DNA of 47,717 bases, from positions 33,406 to 81,122 of the forward strand of contig CAZQHF010000001.1 of NCBI GenBank assembly GCA_964593535.1. Direction: 5' to 3'. The notes below the pieces were generated by a model. The model searched no databases. It saw only the letters and a program-made list of their open reading frames with translations, and was not told the DNA's origin. Numbering within the stretch: the first letter of the stretch is position 1; every line of letters starts with the position of its first letter. Below are positions 9,156 to 19,755 of this stretch, piece after piece. Position numbers and translations under genes: made by a program. Source of the DNA: an uncultured Candidatus Saccharibacteria bacterium. Lineage in GTDB: Bacteria > Patescibacteriota > Dojkabacteria > SC72.

Positions 9156-11072
9156 TTAATCCTCAACAACCTCTCCTTCCTTTACCTCATCTTCTTTCTT
9201 GTCAGACTTCTTTTCATCATTATCTTCTTTACTTTCTTCTTTCTTCGCAGAAGATTCCTTAGAGGCTTTTTCATACATTTTTTTACTTACTTCCTGCATT
9301 CTCTCTGTAAGTTTTTCTACTTTCTTTTCAAGTTCTTCCTCATCAAAATCTTCTTTCTCAATTATACCCTTTATCTTTTTCACGCCTTCTTCAAGATCTT
9401 TTTTATCACTATCCTCTATTTTCTCTCCACTCTCTTTAAGAAGTTTTTCAATGCTAAAGCAAAGAGAATCAGCATTATTTCTCTTTTCAGCTCTCTCTTT
9501 CTTCTTCTTGTCTTCTTCTGCATGCTTTGCTGCTTCCTCAACCATCTTTTGTATTTCATCTTCTTTAAGACCTGTTGATGCTGTGATGGTAATCTTCTGT
9601 TCTTTGTTTGTAGCTAAGTCCTTAGCACTTACATTTAAGATTCCATTTGCATCAATTGCAAAAATTACTTCAATTTGAGGAATTCCTCTTGGTGCAGGAG
9701 GAATACCATCCAGAATGAACCTGCCTAATGTCTTGTTATCTTCAGCCATTTCTCTTTCCCCCTGAAGTACATGAATCTCTACTGCCGGCTGATTATCTGC
9801 AGCAGTACTAAATATCTGCTTCTTTTCAACAGGAATTGTTGTATTTCTTTCAATTAGTTTTGTCATAACACCACCTAGTGTTTCTAAACCAAGAGAAAGA
9901 GGTGTAACATCAAGAAGTGTAATATCTTTTACCTCTCCACCAAGAACACCTCCCTGTATTGCAGCACCAATTGCTACAACTTCATCAGGATTTACACCTT
10001 TATTAGGTTCTTTCCCAAATATCTCTTTAACTTTCTTTACAACAGCAGGCATTCTTGTCATACCACCTACTAGTATTACCTCATCTACATCAGAAGCAGT
10101 AAGTTTTGCATCTTTAAGTGCTTTCTCGCATGGTTTAACAGTTCTTTCTATTAAATCAGCAGTTAATTTCTCAAGATCCGCTCTTGTCATCTTAACTTTA
10201 AGATGTTTCGGTCCCGCAGAAGTAGCAGTAATGTATGGAATATTAATTTCAGTTTCTTCAGATGTTGATAACTCTATCTTAGCTTTCTCTGCTGCTTCTT
10301 TAAGTCTTTGAAGTGCCGTTCTATCTTCTTTAAGGTCTATACCCTCATTATCCTTAAAGTCTTTAACTAATTTATCAATAATCTTTTGATCAAAATCATC
10401 ACCACCAAGATGTGTATCTCCATTTGTAGAGAGAACTTCAAATACCCCATCACCAATCTCTAGTATTGAAATATCAAATGTACCACCCCCTAGGTCAAAT
10501 ATTGCAATCTGTTCATCTTTTCTATTATCCAAACCGTATGCAAGAGCAGCAGCAGTAGGTTCATTTACAATTCTTTTAACATCAAAACCCGCAATTTTAC
10601 CAGCATCTTTTGTTGCCTGTCTCTGAGAATCATCAAAGTATGCAGGAACAGTAATTACAGCCTCTGTTACTTTCTCACCTAAGAACTCTTCTGCATCTTC
10701 TTTCATTTTGCCCAATATCTTTGCAGATATCTCCTGAGGAGTGTACCATTTATCTCCCATCTTTACTTCAACACCTCCACTTTTAGATTCTCTCATTTCA
10801 AATGGAAGAAGCTCTTTATCTCTCTGTACTTCTGGATCATTCCATGATCTACCTATAAGTCTTTTAACAGAGTAAATTGTTCCTTCTGGATTTGTCACTG
10901 CCTGATTCTTTGCAGGAGAACCAACTAACACCTCTCCTTTATCATCAACGCCAACAACAGAAGGTGTCAATCTCCCTCCTTGTGCATTTGGTATTATGTT
11001 TGGTTTACCACCTGACATATATGCCATTGCACTATTTGTAGTACCTAAGTCTATTCCTATAATTTTTCCCAT
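9156..11072 (-). CDS. dnaK: Molecular chaperone DnaK (Hsp70)
   Basis: 638 aa. [17 protein letters not shown] and [11 protein letters not shown] signatures are present, with a long Lys/Glu-rich C-terminal tail. Confidence 0.99.
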   Translation of the reverse strand: MGKIIGIDLGTTNSAMAYMSGGKPNIIPNAQGGRLTPSVVGVDDKGEVLVGSPAKNQAVTNPEGTIYSVKRLIGRSWNDPEVQRDKELLPFEMRESKSGGVEVKMGDKWYTPQEISAKILGKMKEDAEEFLGEKVTEAVITVPAYFDDSQRQATKDAGKIAGFDVKRIVNEPTAAALAYGLDNRKDEQIAIFDLGGGTFDISILEIGDGVFEVLSTNGDTHLGGDDFDQKIIDKLVKDFKDNEGIDLKEDRTALQRLKEAAEKAKIELSTSEETEINIPYITATSAGPKHLKVKMTRADLEKLTADLIERTVKPCEKALKDAKLTASDVDEVILVGGMTRMPAVVKKVKEIFGKEPNKGVNPDEVVAIGAAIQGGVLGGEVKDITLLDVTPLSLGLETLGGVMTKLIERNTTIPVEKKQIFSTAADNQPAVEIHVLQGEREMAEDNKTLGRFILDGIPPAPRGIPQIEVIFAIDANGILNVSAKDLATNKEQKITITASTGLKEDEIQKMVEEAAKHAEEDKKKKERAEKRNNADSLCFSIEKLLKESGEKIEDSDKKDLEEGVKKIKGIIEKEDFDEEELEKKVEKLTERMQEVSKKMYEKASKESSAKKEESKEDNDEKKSDKKEDEVKEGEVVED

Positions 11073-11099
11073 ATTTTAAAGTAATAACAAATTAATTAT

Positions 11100-11654
11100 T
11101 TATCCTTTTTTTTCTTTAGTCACAACCACCTTTGATGGTCGTACAACGATATCATCTATCATATACCCAGGAAGGATAACATCATAAATGATTCCTGGTA
11201 TATCTCCGTCTACAGTACTTAAAGCCTCGTGCTGAGATGGATCAAATTTCGTACCCTTTTGTGGTACAAATTTCTTTAACCCTATTTCTTCTATACTCTT
11301 TTCTAAATTGTTAAATGTCTCTACAACACCGTTTGCCCAAGCCAATGTCTTTTCATCAAACTTAATATTCTCTTTTGTCTTAATAGCCATTGTTAAAGCA
11401 TCAATAACTGGTATAAGCTTTTCAGCCAATGACTTTCTTGATTGTAAATACAGAAATCCTAATCGTTTATCTGTATTAGCTTCTAAATTTTGGTAATCTG
11501 CTAGTACCTTCTTAAGTTGATTAATGATAACCAACTTCTCATCTTCAACCTTATCAATAGTAAGAGCAAGCTCTTTTATCTCCTTTCTTAACTCCTTTTC
11601 TTTTTTAGACGTATTTTGTTTTTTAACACTTTGTGTTTTTTTATCTTCTTTCAT
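11100..11654 (-). CDS. grpE: Nucleotide exchange factor GrpE
   Basis: 184 aa. The coiled-coil N-terminal half (ADYQNLEANTDKR) and C-terminal GYMIDDIVVRPSKVVV are typical of GrpE. It lies between hrcA and dnaK. Confidence 0.95.
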   Translation of the reverse strand: MKEDKKTQSVKKQNTSKKEKELRKEIKELALTIDKVEDEKLVIINQLKKVLADYQNLEANTDKRLGFLYLQSRKSLAEKLIPVIDALTMAIKTKENIKFDEKTLAWANGVVETFNNLEKSIEEIGLKKFVPQKGTKFDPSQHEALSTVDGDIPGIIYDVILPGYMIDDIVVRPSKVVVTKEKKG

Positions 11655-11671
11655 ATATATCTATGGTTATT

Positions 11672-12400
11672 TTAATTCCAGCCTCTCATAATATTACGCA
11701 TAGAGTTCTGGACCTCTCGAAGGGCAGGAATACTCTTTGCATAATCCATTCTTTTTGATCCTATCACACCAACATATGAATCTTTTGCATCCCAAAATGG
11801 CATTTTAGTAAATGCAAGAGCACACTCTTCTAATCCTTTTATCCCTGACTCTTCCCCGATTATTAAAGATACACCAGAACCTCCATACTTCTTAACCAAA
11901 TTGCTTAAGAAGCTCTCATCTTCAAGTATATTCACTACTCTTTGTAATTTCTCAATATCTCTAAGCTCTTCATATTTAAATAGTTGGGAAATACCCCAAT
12001 ATCTTAAAATCTCATCAATTATTACAAAAGATGCAGACTCAGTCTCATCAGAAACTACAGTTAATATTGAATCTACAATAGTATTCTTTGAGAATCTATC
12101 TCTAAATAGTCCCCTCCTTATCTCTACTGTAATCATAGGGTTAAGAGAACAGTTTCCAAGAATATCCCTTACATACAATCTTAAAGCTTGATCTGTAGGG
12201 AGTCTTCCTGAAGATGTATGGCTCTTCTCAAGTAATCCTTGGTCCATAAGCCTAACCATTTCATTTCTGATAGTTGCAGAGCTTACACCTAAATCATATT
12301 TTTCTAAAAGAGCAATTGAACCAACTTCATCTGCACTTTCCATAAACTCTTTGATTATCGCCATTAATATTTCTCTCTGTCTTTCAGTTATATTCTCCAT
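11672..12400 (-). CDS. hrcA: Heat-inducible transcription repressor HrcA (short form, 242 aa)
   Basis: ITERQREILMAIIKEF...VGSIALLEKYDLGVSSATIRNEMVRLMDQGLLEKSHTSSGRLPTDQALRLYV is the canonical HrcA winged-helix N-terminus. The gene heads the grpE-dnaK operon. Confidence 0.93.
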   Translation of the reverse strand: MENITERQREILMAIIKEFMESADEVGSIALLEKYDLGVSSATIRNEMVRLMDQGLLEKSHTSSGRLPTDQALRLYVRDILGNCSLNPMITVEIRRGLFRDRFSKNTIVDSILTVVSDETESASFVIIDEILRYWGISQLFKYEELRDIEKLQRVVNILEDESFLSNLVKKYGGSGVSLIIGEESGIKGLEECALAFTKMPFWDAKDSYVGVIGSKRMDYAKSIPALREVQNSMRNIMRGWN

Positions 12401-12401
12401 A

Positions 12402-12428
12402 TTAGCACTCTTACAGCTTACCTGCTAA
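12402..12428 (-). promoter_or_regulatory. CIRCE operator at the hrcA start
   Basis: TTAGCACTC-N9-ACCTGCTAA matches 15/18 positions of the consensus. It ends 1 nt from the hrcA ATG and starts 1 nt after the predicted -10. Confidence 0.8.
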
Positions 12429-12429
12429 G

Positions 12430-12458
12430 AGTATATTGGGAAATTCTGAATTCGTCAA
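12430..12458 (-). promoter_or_regulatory. Sigma-70 type promoter of hrcA-grpE-dnaK
   Basis: The minus strand reads TTGACG (12458-12453), N17, TATACT (12435-12430). Confidence 0.6.
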
Positions 12459-12475
12459 GAGTAAGATGTATAAAA

Positions 12476-12504
12476 TTGCAAAATATATATTTCTTTGATA
12501 TACT
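12476..12504 (+). promoter_or_regulatory. Sigma-70 type promoter of rplY with an extended -10
   Basis: TTGCAA (12476-12481), N17, TATACT (12499-12504), with TG at 12496-12497. The -10 ends 10 nt before ATG 12515. Confidence 0.55.
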
Positions 12505-12514
12505 TTCACTCGTT

Positions 12515-13183
12515 ATGGAAAAACTTCAATTAGAAAAAAGAGAGATTACAGGGAAAAAGGTTAAACATTTAAGACAGAAAGGGCTAACCCCTGCTGTTGT
12601 ATATGATTCTCATGGACAGTCTAAAAATGTTACCATGAGCAGTTCAGATGCACAGTGGCTTTACACAAACACAACATCCACTACTATACTTGACACACAG
12701 CTTGAGAAAGAGAGTTTTAAAGCACTTGTTAAAGAGTTTAGTGTTAATCCGGTAACTGATGAGATAAATCATGTGTCATTATTTAGAATAGATGAGAATG
12801 TACCAATGGTATTTACAATACCGTTTAAGATTATTGGCATATCACCAGCAGTTAAAAATAATATTGGAGTATTAGTAAATGTTTTAGACAGTATTGATGT
12901 AAAGTGTAAAATGGCAGATTTAGTACCTTACATTGAAATAGATATATCAAATCTAGAAAATGTAGGACAAACTATAGCTGTTGATGATATTCAACTTCCA
13001 AAGGGGATATCCCTTATAAATGATGAACAAGCAAAAGCTGCTATTGTTACAATAACTGAGCCTCAAAAGGTTGAAGAGATACAACCTACTGTAACAGAAG
13101 AAGCAGTTGAAGAAGAAGTAACAGAGGGTGAAGAGGGTGAAGAAACTGCACAAGAAGAGCAGTCAACTAGTGAAAATAAGTAA
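12515..13183 (+). CDS. rplY: 50S ribosomal protein L25 (Ctc form) with an acidic C-terminal tail
   Basis: MEKLQLEKREITGKKVKHLRQKGLTPAVVY is a typical L25/Ctc N-terminus. I prefer ATG 12515 over the TTG at 12476 in the ORF track, because that TTG is the -35 of the predicted promoter. Confidence 0.88.
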   Translation: MEKLQLEKREITGKKVKHLRQKGLTPAVVYDSHGQSKNVTMSSSDAQWLYTNTTSTTILDTQLEKESFKALVKEFSVNPVTDEINHVSLFRIDENVPMVFTIPFKIIGISPAVKNNIGVLVNVLDSIDVKCKMADLVPYIEIDISNLENVGQTIAVDDIQLPKGISLINDEQAKAAIVTITEPQKVEEIQPTVTEEAVEEEVTEGEEGEETAQEEQSTSENK

Positions 13184-13211
13184 AGGGCATGTAAATTCCA
13201 CCATTTTCCTG

Positions 13212-13217
13212 TATAAT
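13212..13217 (+). promoter_or_regulatory. Candidate -10 (TATAAT) 5 nt before the GT2 start codon
   Basis: ctgTATAATcaaccATG. There is no Shine-Dalgarno. Confidence 0.3.
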
Positions 13218-13222
13218 CAACC

Positions 13223-14161
13223 ATGATTTCTATTATTATTACATCATGGAAAGAACCTAAGACTATTGATAAATGTATAGAGTGTATAGTAGATAGAAAA
13301 TACTCTGGACTAAAAGAGAATTTTGAAGTCATACAGGTATCCCCAGACAAAGAAACATTAGAAGCAGGACTATATACAGCAAAGAAACTTCACTTAAACA
13401 AAAAAGAGTTCATACAAATTCAAGATCCTAAAAAGGGTAAGCCATCTGCATTGAAACTTGCATTTAAAAAAGCAAAAGGAGATATCTGGATTCTTACAGA
13501 TGGAGATACATATTTTGAAAAGAATGCAGTTAAATATTTGCTTGAACCATTTCAAAATAATAAAGTTGGAGGTGTAAGTGGAAGACCAGTAGCAATGAAT
13601 AGAAAAGACAGTATGTTCGGATACTGGGGACATCTTCTTTCTGATGCAGCACATCACAGAAGAATCACCACTATGAATACCCAGAAAGAAAATTACTACA
13701 TAAGTAATACCTCTTTTTTCCCAATGAGTGGATATATTATGGCTGTAAGAAAGATAAATTTTGATATTCCTTCTAATGTTCTATCTGACGATGCATATAT
13801 TTCATATTCAATAAGGAATATAGGGAAACAGATTGCATATGCTCCAAATGCAAAATGCTACGTTAAATACCCAACAAATATAAAAGACTATTATAAACAG
13901 AAAGTTAGATCTTTAGGTGGCTTTATACAATTAAAACAGTTTGGAGTGTTTAAAAAAGATAAACAGAGTAGAAGTATTTTAATTGAATTAAAATATGCTT
14001 TCTTTGTACTTAGGTATGCAAAAAATTTAAAGGAATTCTTATGGTCACTACTACTCTTCCCTATCCGTCTAATCACATGGATACGAATATTCTGGGAGAG
14101 AGTAATTCTAAAAAAGGATATGCCCAAATTAGGTTGGGAGAGAATAGAGAGTACAAAATAA
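13223..14161 (+). CDS. Family 2 glycosyltransferase
   Basis: ISIIITSWKEP (GT2 N-terminal beta strand), ILTDGDTYF (DxD-type motif) and a C-terminal membrane-associated region. Confidence 0.8.
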   Translation: MISIIITSWKEPKTIDKCIECIVDRKYSGLKENFEVIQVSPDKETLEAGLYTAKKLHLNKKEFIQIQDPKKGKPSALKLAFKKAKGDIWILTDGDTYFEKNAVKYLLEPFQNNKVGGVSGRPVAMNRKDSMFGYWGHLLSDAAHHRRITTMNTQKENYYISNTSFFPMSGYIMAVRKINFDIPSNVLSDDAYISYSIRNIGKQIAYAPNAKCYVKYPTNIKDYYKQKVRSLGGFIQLKQFGVFKKDKQSRSILIELKYAFFVLRYAKNLKEFLWSLLLFPIRLITWIRIFWERVILKKDMPKLGWERIESTK

Positions 14162-14878
14162 ATGAATAAACAAGAGTATTATAGAGAACAATATCACAAG
14201 ATTTACCCAAAATGGAGAGTAAGTACTCTCATTTATCATGACTTAATATCAGATTCCGTTTCAAAAAACAGTTATTTATTAGATGTAGGATGCGGACATA
14301 GTAATCTTCTTTCTGACATATATTCGAGAACTTTACATACATATGGTATCGACCCAGACATATCTGCAATTAATAGAAATAAAGATATAAAACACATAAA
14401 GAAATCATATGTCGAAAAAATGCCTTTTAAGGACAATTTTTTTGATGTAGTTGTTTGTGCTTGGGTACTAGAGCACTTATCAGACCCTAATAAAGCTTTT
14501 AAGGAAATTTACAGAGTTCTTAAACCGGGAGGTAAGGTTATATTTATTACTCCAAATGCTCTTAATTACAATGTTTGGTTGATAAGGTTAATTCCAGAAA
14601 GATTTCATGACTTCTTAACGAAAAAACTTTATAATAGACAAGAGAATGATACTTTTTCAAAGAAGTATCTAATTAATACTCCCCCCAAGATAGATGATTT
14701 GCTTCTTTCTATTGGGTTTAAAAAGATTAACCTAATTCTTAATGGGGATCCTACGTATATCAGTTTTGAAAGGATTACATTCTATTTTGCAATTTTATTA
14801 GAAAAAATCTTTGAGATTAGACAACTTAATAAGTACAAGGTTCATATTATTGGAGAATATATAAAGATAGTAAAGTAA
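14162..14878 (+). CDS. Class I SAM-dependent methyltransferase
   Basis: LLDVGCGHSN (motif I), FDVVVCAWVLEHL and VLKPGGKVIFITPN. The start directly abuts the GT2 stop. Confidence 0.85.
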   Translation: MNKQEYYREQYHKIYPKWRVSTLIYHDLISDSVSKNSYLLDVGCGHSNLLSDIYSRTLHTYGIDPDISAINRNKDIKHIKKSYVEKMPFKDNFFDVVVCAWVLEHLSDPNKAFKEIYRVLKPGGKVIFITPNALNYNVWLIRLIPERFHDFLTKKLYNRQENDTFSKKYLINTPPKIDDLLLSIGFKKINLILNGDPTYISFERITFYFAILLEKIFEIRQLNKYKVHIIGEYIKIVK

Positions 14879-14883
14879 TAAAA

Positions 14884-14903
14884 AAGGAAGGTTTCCCTTC
14901 CTT
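14884..14903. terminator. Bidirectional hairpin terminator between the methyltransferase (+) and rpsG (-)
   Basis: A perfect 8-bp stem AAGGAAGG / CCTTCCTT with loop TTTC. An A-run precedes it and TT follows. Confidence 0.7.
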
Positions 14904-14925
14904 TTAAAATTTCATTAATAAGCAA

Positions 14926-15393
14926 TTACCATTTGAAATGTGCAAAGGCTTTATTAGCTTCAGCCATTCTTTCAACATCATTTTTCTTCTTAACGGCATC
15001 TCCCTCGCCTTTAAATGCATTTATCATCTCTTCTTCAAGAATTTTATCAAAAGATTTCCCCGATTTTGATCTTGACACATCAACAAGCCATCTTACTGCT
15101 AATGTCTCCTGTCTTCTAGGGGTTACAGGAACAGGTACCTGATAGTTTGCTCCCCCAACCCTTCTTGATTTAACCTCAAGTGCTGGTCTCACATTATCAA
15201 CTGCAATATGTACAAATTCTATTACAGGGATATTTACTTTCTGTGCACCAGATTCTATAGCTGTATATACAAGTTCTTGGGCTAATGACTTCTTACCATC
15301 AAGCATAACTTTATTTATTAATCTTCCAATTACTTCGTCATTGTACTTTTTATCTTTTACCAATGGTCTTTTTTTAGCTCTTTTTCCTCTCAT
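14926..15393 (-). CDS. rpsG: 30S ribosomal protein S7
   Basis: 155 aa. DGKKSLAQELVY...RRVGGANYQVPVPV...AFAHFKW. Confidence 0.98.
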   Translation of the reverse strand: MRGKRAKKRPLVKDKKYNDEVIGRLINKVMLDGKKSLAQELVYTAIESGAQKVNIPVIEFVHIAVDNVRPALEVKSRRVGGANYQVPVPVTPRRQETLAVRWLVDVSRSKSGKSFDKILEEEMINAFKGEGDAVKKKNDVERMAEANKAFAHFKW

Positions 15394-15410
15394 TTATCTA
15401 TATTAAAATA

Positions 15411-15827
15411 TTATTCATTTGAAGACTTCTTTACACCATATTTAGATCTAGCTTTCTTTCTTCCTTTAACTCCTGCTGTATCATATCTCCCTCTTACAAC
15501 AACATATTTAACACCAGGCAAATCTCTCTTCCTTCCCGCTTTAACCATAACAACAGAGTGCTCCTGTAGATTATGACCTTCTCCAGGAATGTATGCAGTA
15601 ACCTCCATACCATTTGAAAGTCTTACTCTTGCAACTTTACGCAATGCAGAGTTAGGCTTTTTAGGTGTCATTGTTTTAACCTGAAGACATACTGCTCTTT
15701 TAAAAGGATTATTCGCCCTTTTATACCTGTTTTTTATAGGGTTATAATCCGTTGCCAATGCAATATGCTTGCTCTTGGTACTCTTTGATTTTCTAGGTTT
15801 TCTTACTAACTGATTAATAGTCGGCAT
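15411..15827 (-). CDS. rpsL: 30S ribosomal protein S12
   Basis: [10 protein letters not shown]...[19 protein letters not shown]...[12 protein letters not shown]. Confidence 0.98.
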   Translation of the reverse strand: MPTINQLVRKPRKSKSTKSKHIALATDYNPIKNRYKRANNPFKRAVCLQVKTMTPKKPNSALRKVARVRLSNGMEVTAYIPGEGHNLQEHSVVMVKAGRKRDLPGVKYVVVRGRYDTAGVKGRKKARSKYGVKKSSNE

Positions 15828-15834
15828 GAGTTGT

Positions 15835-15842
15835 ATTATACA
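15835..15842 (-). promoter_or_regulatory. Candidate internal -10 (TGTATAAT) 7 nt before the rpsL ATG
   Basis: The minus strand reads tgTATAATacaactcATG, within the 25-nt rpoC-rpsL gap. Confidence 0.3.
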
Positions 15843-15852
15843 ATAAAATCAA

Positions 15853-18800
15853 TTAAATTTTAACTTCCTCTAGACTATAAATATCTTTTATCTCAGCTTC
15901 CTGCCCTGATGGTATTCTTCTACCAATAATGACATTCTCTTTCATTCCTCTTAAGTAATCTGTCTTACCAAGTATTGCAGTATTTGTTAAAACTCTAACC
16001 TGCTCTTGGAATGACATAGCAGAAAGGAAGCTCTCAGTATACAATGCAGATGTTTTAATGCCAAGCAGTTTTGGAGATACTAAAACTTTTCTCTTATTCT
16101 CTTTCAAAAGTAATTCATTTTTTACATCGGTAACAAACCTGTTGACCATTGAACCAACTAAATAATTAGTGTCTCCTGATTCTAATACTCTTCCTAGTCT
16201 TGCCATCTGTCTAATAACGACCTCCAAATGTATATCATCAATAGGAACTGCCTGCTCATTGAATACCTTTTGAACTTGATCCAATATGTATTTTTGAGCA
16301 ACAAGTAATCCTGCAACATCAGCAAGTTTCTTAGGATCCACAGAACCTGCTGTTAACTGTGTTCCTGCCTTAATTTCATCTCCTTCTGCAACAAGTATTT
16401 CTACATTAGGAAGTACAGAAACAGTTTCCTCTGCCTTCATACTACCAGAAAGTGTAAGAATCCCTCCCTCTATCTTAACAACCCCGCTAAATGGAGATTG
16501 CTTCTCAGCTCCGTCAGAATCTATGTAAAGAACCTGACCTGCTTTTGCCTGAGCACCATCTGAAACAAGAACACTCTTTGCATCAGAAATTACAATATCT
16601 TTTACAACATTTTTCTGGCCAATAATTATAATAACTGCTGAATCATCCTCTGCTCTATCAATATGAACTTTTCCATTTACTGTTGCAATATCAGCCTCTG
16701 CCTTTGGAGTTCTAGCTTCGAAAAGCTCTTCTACTCTCGGAAGTCCTTGTACTATATCAGTTGTCTGAACACCTCCCTTATGAAATGTCTGCATAGTCAT
16801 CTGAGTACTTGGCTCTCCAATTGATTGTGCAGCTATAACACCAACAGCTTTACCCATTTCAATCTCTTGCCCATTCTCTATATTTAATCCATAACATTTC
16901 TTACAAATACCAAGAGGAGCCTTACAAAGTATAGGAGTTCTAACATATATCTCCTCTATACCCTCACTCATAATTTTATCAACAACCTCTCTTGTAATAC
17001 TCTCATTCTTCTTTACAATTACTTCTCCCTTAGAATCAACAACATCCTGAGCAACAACTCTTCCAAATATCCTTTTTTCAAAACTCATTCTTCTATCATC
17101 ATTTTTTCTCATGACAAGACCCTCTCCTTCATATCCACAATCTTCCATTCTTATAATTACCTCATGTGCTACATCAACAAGCTTTCTAGTTAAATACCCA
17201 GAAGATGAAGTTCTTAATGACCTATCAGCAATACCTTTTCTTCCACCATTAGCTGCAACAAAATATTCAAAAGCATTAAGCCCGTCTCTATAATTTCCTT
17301 TAATTGGAAGTGGAATAGAGTTTCCCCTAGAATCTTTAACAATTCCTTTAATGGTAAGAACCTGTCTTGCTTGAATCTTTCCTCCATTCGCCTTTGATTC
17401 TACCATCTCATATATTGGATTGTTTTTATCAAGCTGTTCCCATGCTTCATCAGCAATTTTAGTTGCGAAATCATTCCACATTTCAGTAGATATCTTTACT
17501 TTTTCTTTCTCTGTAATTAATCCCTGTAGATAATTCTCTTGGAGTTGAAGATCTTTTTCTTCTATTTTCTTAATTCTTGATTTAATATCAAAATCAACAT
17601 TACAATCTTTCATACCAAAGGAAAAACCTAAATCTGTTGCATATTTAAAACCCATATCTTTAAGATTATCCAAAAGCTCAACAACTACATCTTGTGAATA
17701 CTTATCTTTTATATCATCAATTATTGCTGATACTGTTCCTCCACTAACTCTTTCATTAACAAACTTATACCCTTGTGGCATTATACTGTTAAATATACAT
17801 CTTCCAACAGAAGTACTTATAACCTCATCATTTATCTTTACAAGGATTTCATCATTAATACCTATAATATCCTTCTCATATGCTCTAATTGCTAAGTCTG
17901 AAGATGCAAAAATCTTTGGTTTTTCAACTTCATTTTTGTCAGTCATAAGGTAGTAACCAAGAAGCATATCTTTTGATGGAGTTGCCAGAACCTCACCATT
18001 TGAGATATTAACAATATTCTTAGAAGCCATAATCTTCTCTTTTCCTTCTTTCAATGCCTCATCAGTTAAAAGAAGATGTACTGACATCTGGTCCCCATCA
18101 AAGTCTGCATTAAATGCTTTACATACCAATGGGTGCAATCTTATTGCCTCTCCCTCAACTAATTTAGGATAGAATGCTTGTATACTATATTTATGAAGTG
18201 TAGGAGCACGATTAAGTAATACAGGTTTACCTTCAATAACCTTCTCCAAAATATCCCAAATCATACTGTCTTCCTCTTCAACTAAATCTCTTGCAACTCT
18301 TACATTAGGAGCAATCTCTTTATCTAAAAGCTCATGTATAACAAAAGGCTTGAACATTTCAAGAAGAACAGATTTAGGAATACCACACTGATCAAGTTTA
18401 AGACTTGGATCACCAACAATCACTGCACGTCCAGAATAATCAACTCTCTTTCCTAAAAGGTTCTTTCTAAATATACCTTTCTTTCCCCTTAAATCATCTG
18501 TAAGAGATTGATATGGAAGTCTTTTACTATTCATCATAGGCTTTGATGGCCTGTGCGAATTATCAATTACAGCATCAACAGATTCCTGAAGCATTCTCTT
18601 TTCATTTCGAAGTATTACATCAGGAGCTCCAATCTCAATAAGTCTTTTTAAACGGTTATTTCTATTAATAACTCTTCTGTATAAATCATTGAGATCTGAT
18701 GTTGCAAACTTTCCTCCAGGAAGAGGAATAATTGGTCTTAAATCTGGTGGAAGAACAGGAAGAACATCTATTACCATCCAGCTTGGATCTAATTTATTTT

Positions 18801-19755
18801 GCTGAAAACCTTCAAGATACTGTATCCTCCTTATAGTCACAAGCTTTTTATCGCCTTTCTCTTTCTTAACCTGTCTTCTTAATTTCTCAAGTTCTTCATC
18901 AATATTTAAATTCTCTAAAAGCTTTTTAATTGCTTCTGCACCCATCATTGCATTGAAGAAAAGAAGCCCTCTATCTTCCAAATCTATATATTCATCTTCA
19001 GAAAGAACAGAACCTACTTCTACTTTTTCAATTATCTGCTGAAGTTTAGAGTAAAAGTTTTCTATTTCTTCTTCTCTTTCAGCAAATTCTCTTCTTACCT
19101 TAGCTATTCCTTGCCTTTTTTTATGCTCTAACTGGTCTATTTTAAAATTGTTTTTCTCTTTCTTTTTCTTCTCTGCTTTAATTTCTTCATCATATGCAAC
19201 TTCAGTCCCTTTTAACTCTTCTTCAAGTTCATCTTTAAGATTCTTCAATTCATCCTTTTTAATAGCCTCTAACTTTGAAAGCATATCCTTTCTCTTCTCA
19301 CTCTCTATTTCAACAACCATATATCTGGTGTAATAGATTACAGAAAGAAGCTTTTTATGAGACATGTCTAAAACTATAGACATCTTATTAGGTATTCCAT
19401 AAGCAAACCATACATGAGCAACAGGTACAGCTAAATTAATATGCCCCATTCTTTCTCTCCTCACATCCTTAGTTGTAACCTCAACACCACATTTATCACA
19501 TACTATCCCCTTATACCTAATCTTTTTATACTTACCACAATAACATTCATAGTTTTTTGTAGGTCCAAATATCTTTTCACAGAAAAGACCATCTGGTTCT
19601 GCTCTGAATGTTCTATAGTTTATTGTTTCTGCTTTTGTAACTTCCCCATATGACCAGTCAAGTATCTGCTCTGTCGATGCAAGGGTGAGTCTTAATGCAT
19701 CAAAATCTTCAAAAGCATTTTTATGATTACGATTATGGTTTTGATTATTGTTCAT
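15853..19755 (-). CDS. rpoC: DNA-directed RNA polymerase subunit beta'
   Basis: Zn-finger [25 protein letters not shown] and catalytic NADFDGDQM are present. I prefer ATG 19755 over TTG 19761 because AGGAGGT lies 8 nt upstream of it. Confidence 0.98.
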   Translation of the reverse strand: MNNNQNHNRNHKNAFEDFDALRLTLASTEQILDWSYGEVTKAETINYRTFRAEPDGLFCEKIFGPTKNYECYCGKYKKIRYKGIVCDKCGVEVTTKDVRRERMGHINLAVPVAHVWFAYGIPNKMSIVLDMSHKKLLSVIYYTRYMVVEIESEKRKDMLSKLEAIKKDELKNLKDELEEELKGTEVAYDEEIKAEKKKKEKNNFKIDQLEHKKRQGIAKVRREFAEREEEIENFYSKLQQIIEKVEVGSVLSEDEYIDLEDRGLLFFNAMMGAEAIKKLLENLNIDEELEKLRRQVKKEKGDKKLVTIRRIQYLEGFQQNKLDPSWMVIDVLPVLPPDLRPIIPLPGGKFATSDLNDLYRRVINRNNRLKRLIEIGAPDVILRNEKRMLQESVDAVIDNSHRPSKPMMNSKRLPYQSLTDDLRGKKGIFRKNLLGKRVDYSGRAVIVGDPSLKLDQCGIPKSVLLEMFKPFVIHELLDKEIAPNVRVARDLVEEEDSMIWDILEKVIEGKPVLLNRAPTLHKYSIQAFYPKLVEGEAIRLHPLVCKAFNADFDGDQMSVHLLLTDEALKEGKEKIMASKNIVNISNGEVLATPSKDMLLGYYLMTDKNEVEKPKIFASSDLAIRAYEKDIIGINDEILVKINDEVISTSVGRCIFNSIMPQGYKFVNERVSGGTVSAIIDDIKDKYSQDVVVELLDNLKDMGFKYATDLGFSFGMKDCNVDFDIKSRIKKIEEKDLQLQENYLQGLITEKEKVKISTEMWNDFATKIADEAWEQLDKNNPIYEMVESKANGGKIQARQVLTIKGIVKDSRGNSIPLPIKGNYRDGLNAFEYFVAANGGRKGIADRSLRTSSSGYLTRKLVDVAHEVIIRMEDCGYEGEGLVMRKNDDRRMSFEKRIFGRVVAQDVVDSKGEVIVKKNESITREVVDKIMSEGIEEIYVRTPILCKAPLGICKKCYGLNIENGQEIEMGKAVGVIAAQSIGEPSTQMTMQTFHKGGVQTTDIVQGLPRVEELFEARTPKAEADIATVNGKVHIDRAEDDSAVIIIIGQKNVVKDIVISDAKSVLVSDGAQAKAGQVLYIDSDGAEKQSPFSGVVKIEGGILTLSGSMKAEETVSVLPNVEILVAEGDEIKAGTQLTAGSVDPKKLADVAGLLVAQKYILDQVQKVFNEQAVPIDDIHLEVVIRQMARLGRVLESGDTNYLVGSMVNRFVTDVKNELLLKENKRKVLVSPKLLGIKTSALYTESFLSAMSFQEQVRVLTNTAILGKTDYLRGMKENVIIGRRIPSGQEAEIKDIYSLEEVKI

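Noticed and set aside
12476-12514. N-terminal extensions given in the ORF track: TTG 12476 for rplY, TTG 30328 for the WecA-like gene, TTG 38259 for metG and TTG 19761 for rpoC.
   Set aside because: In each case a downstream ATG matches the conserved protein N-terminus. The extension would run through a predicted promoter or the preceding gene.
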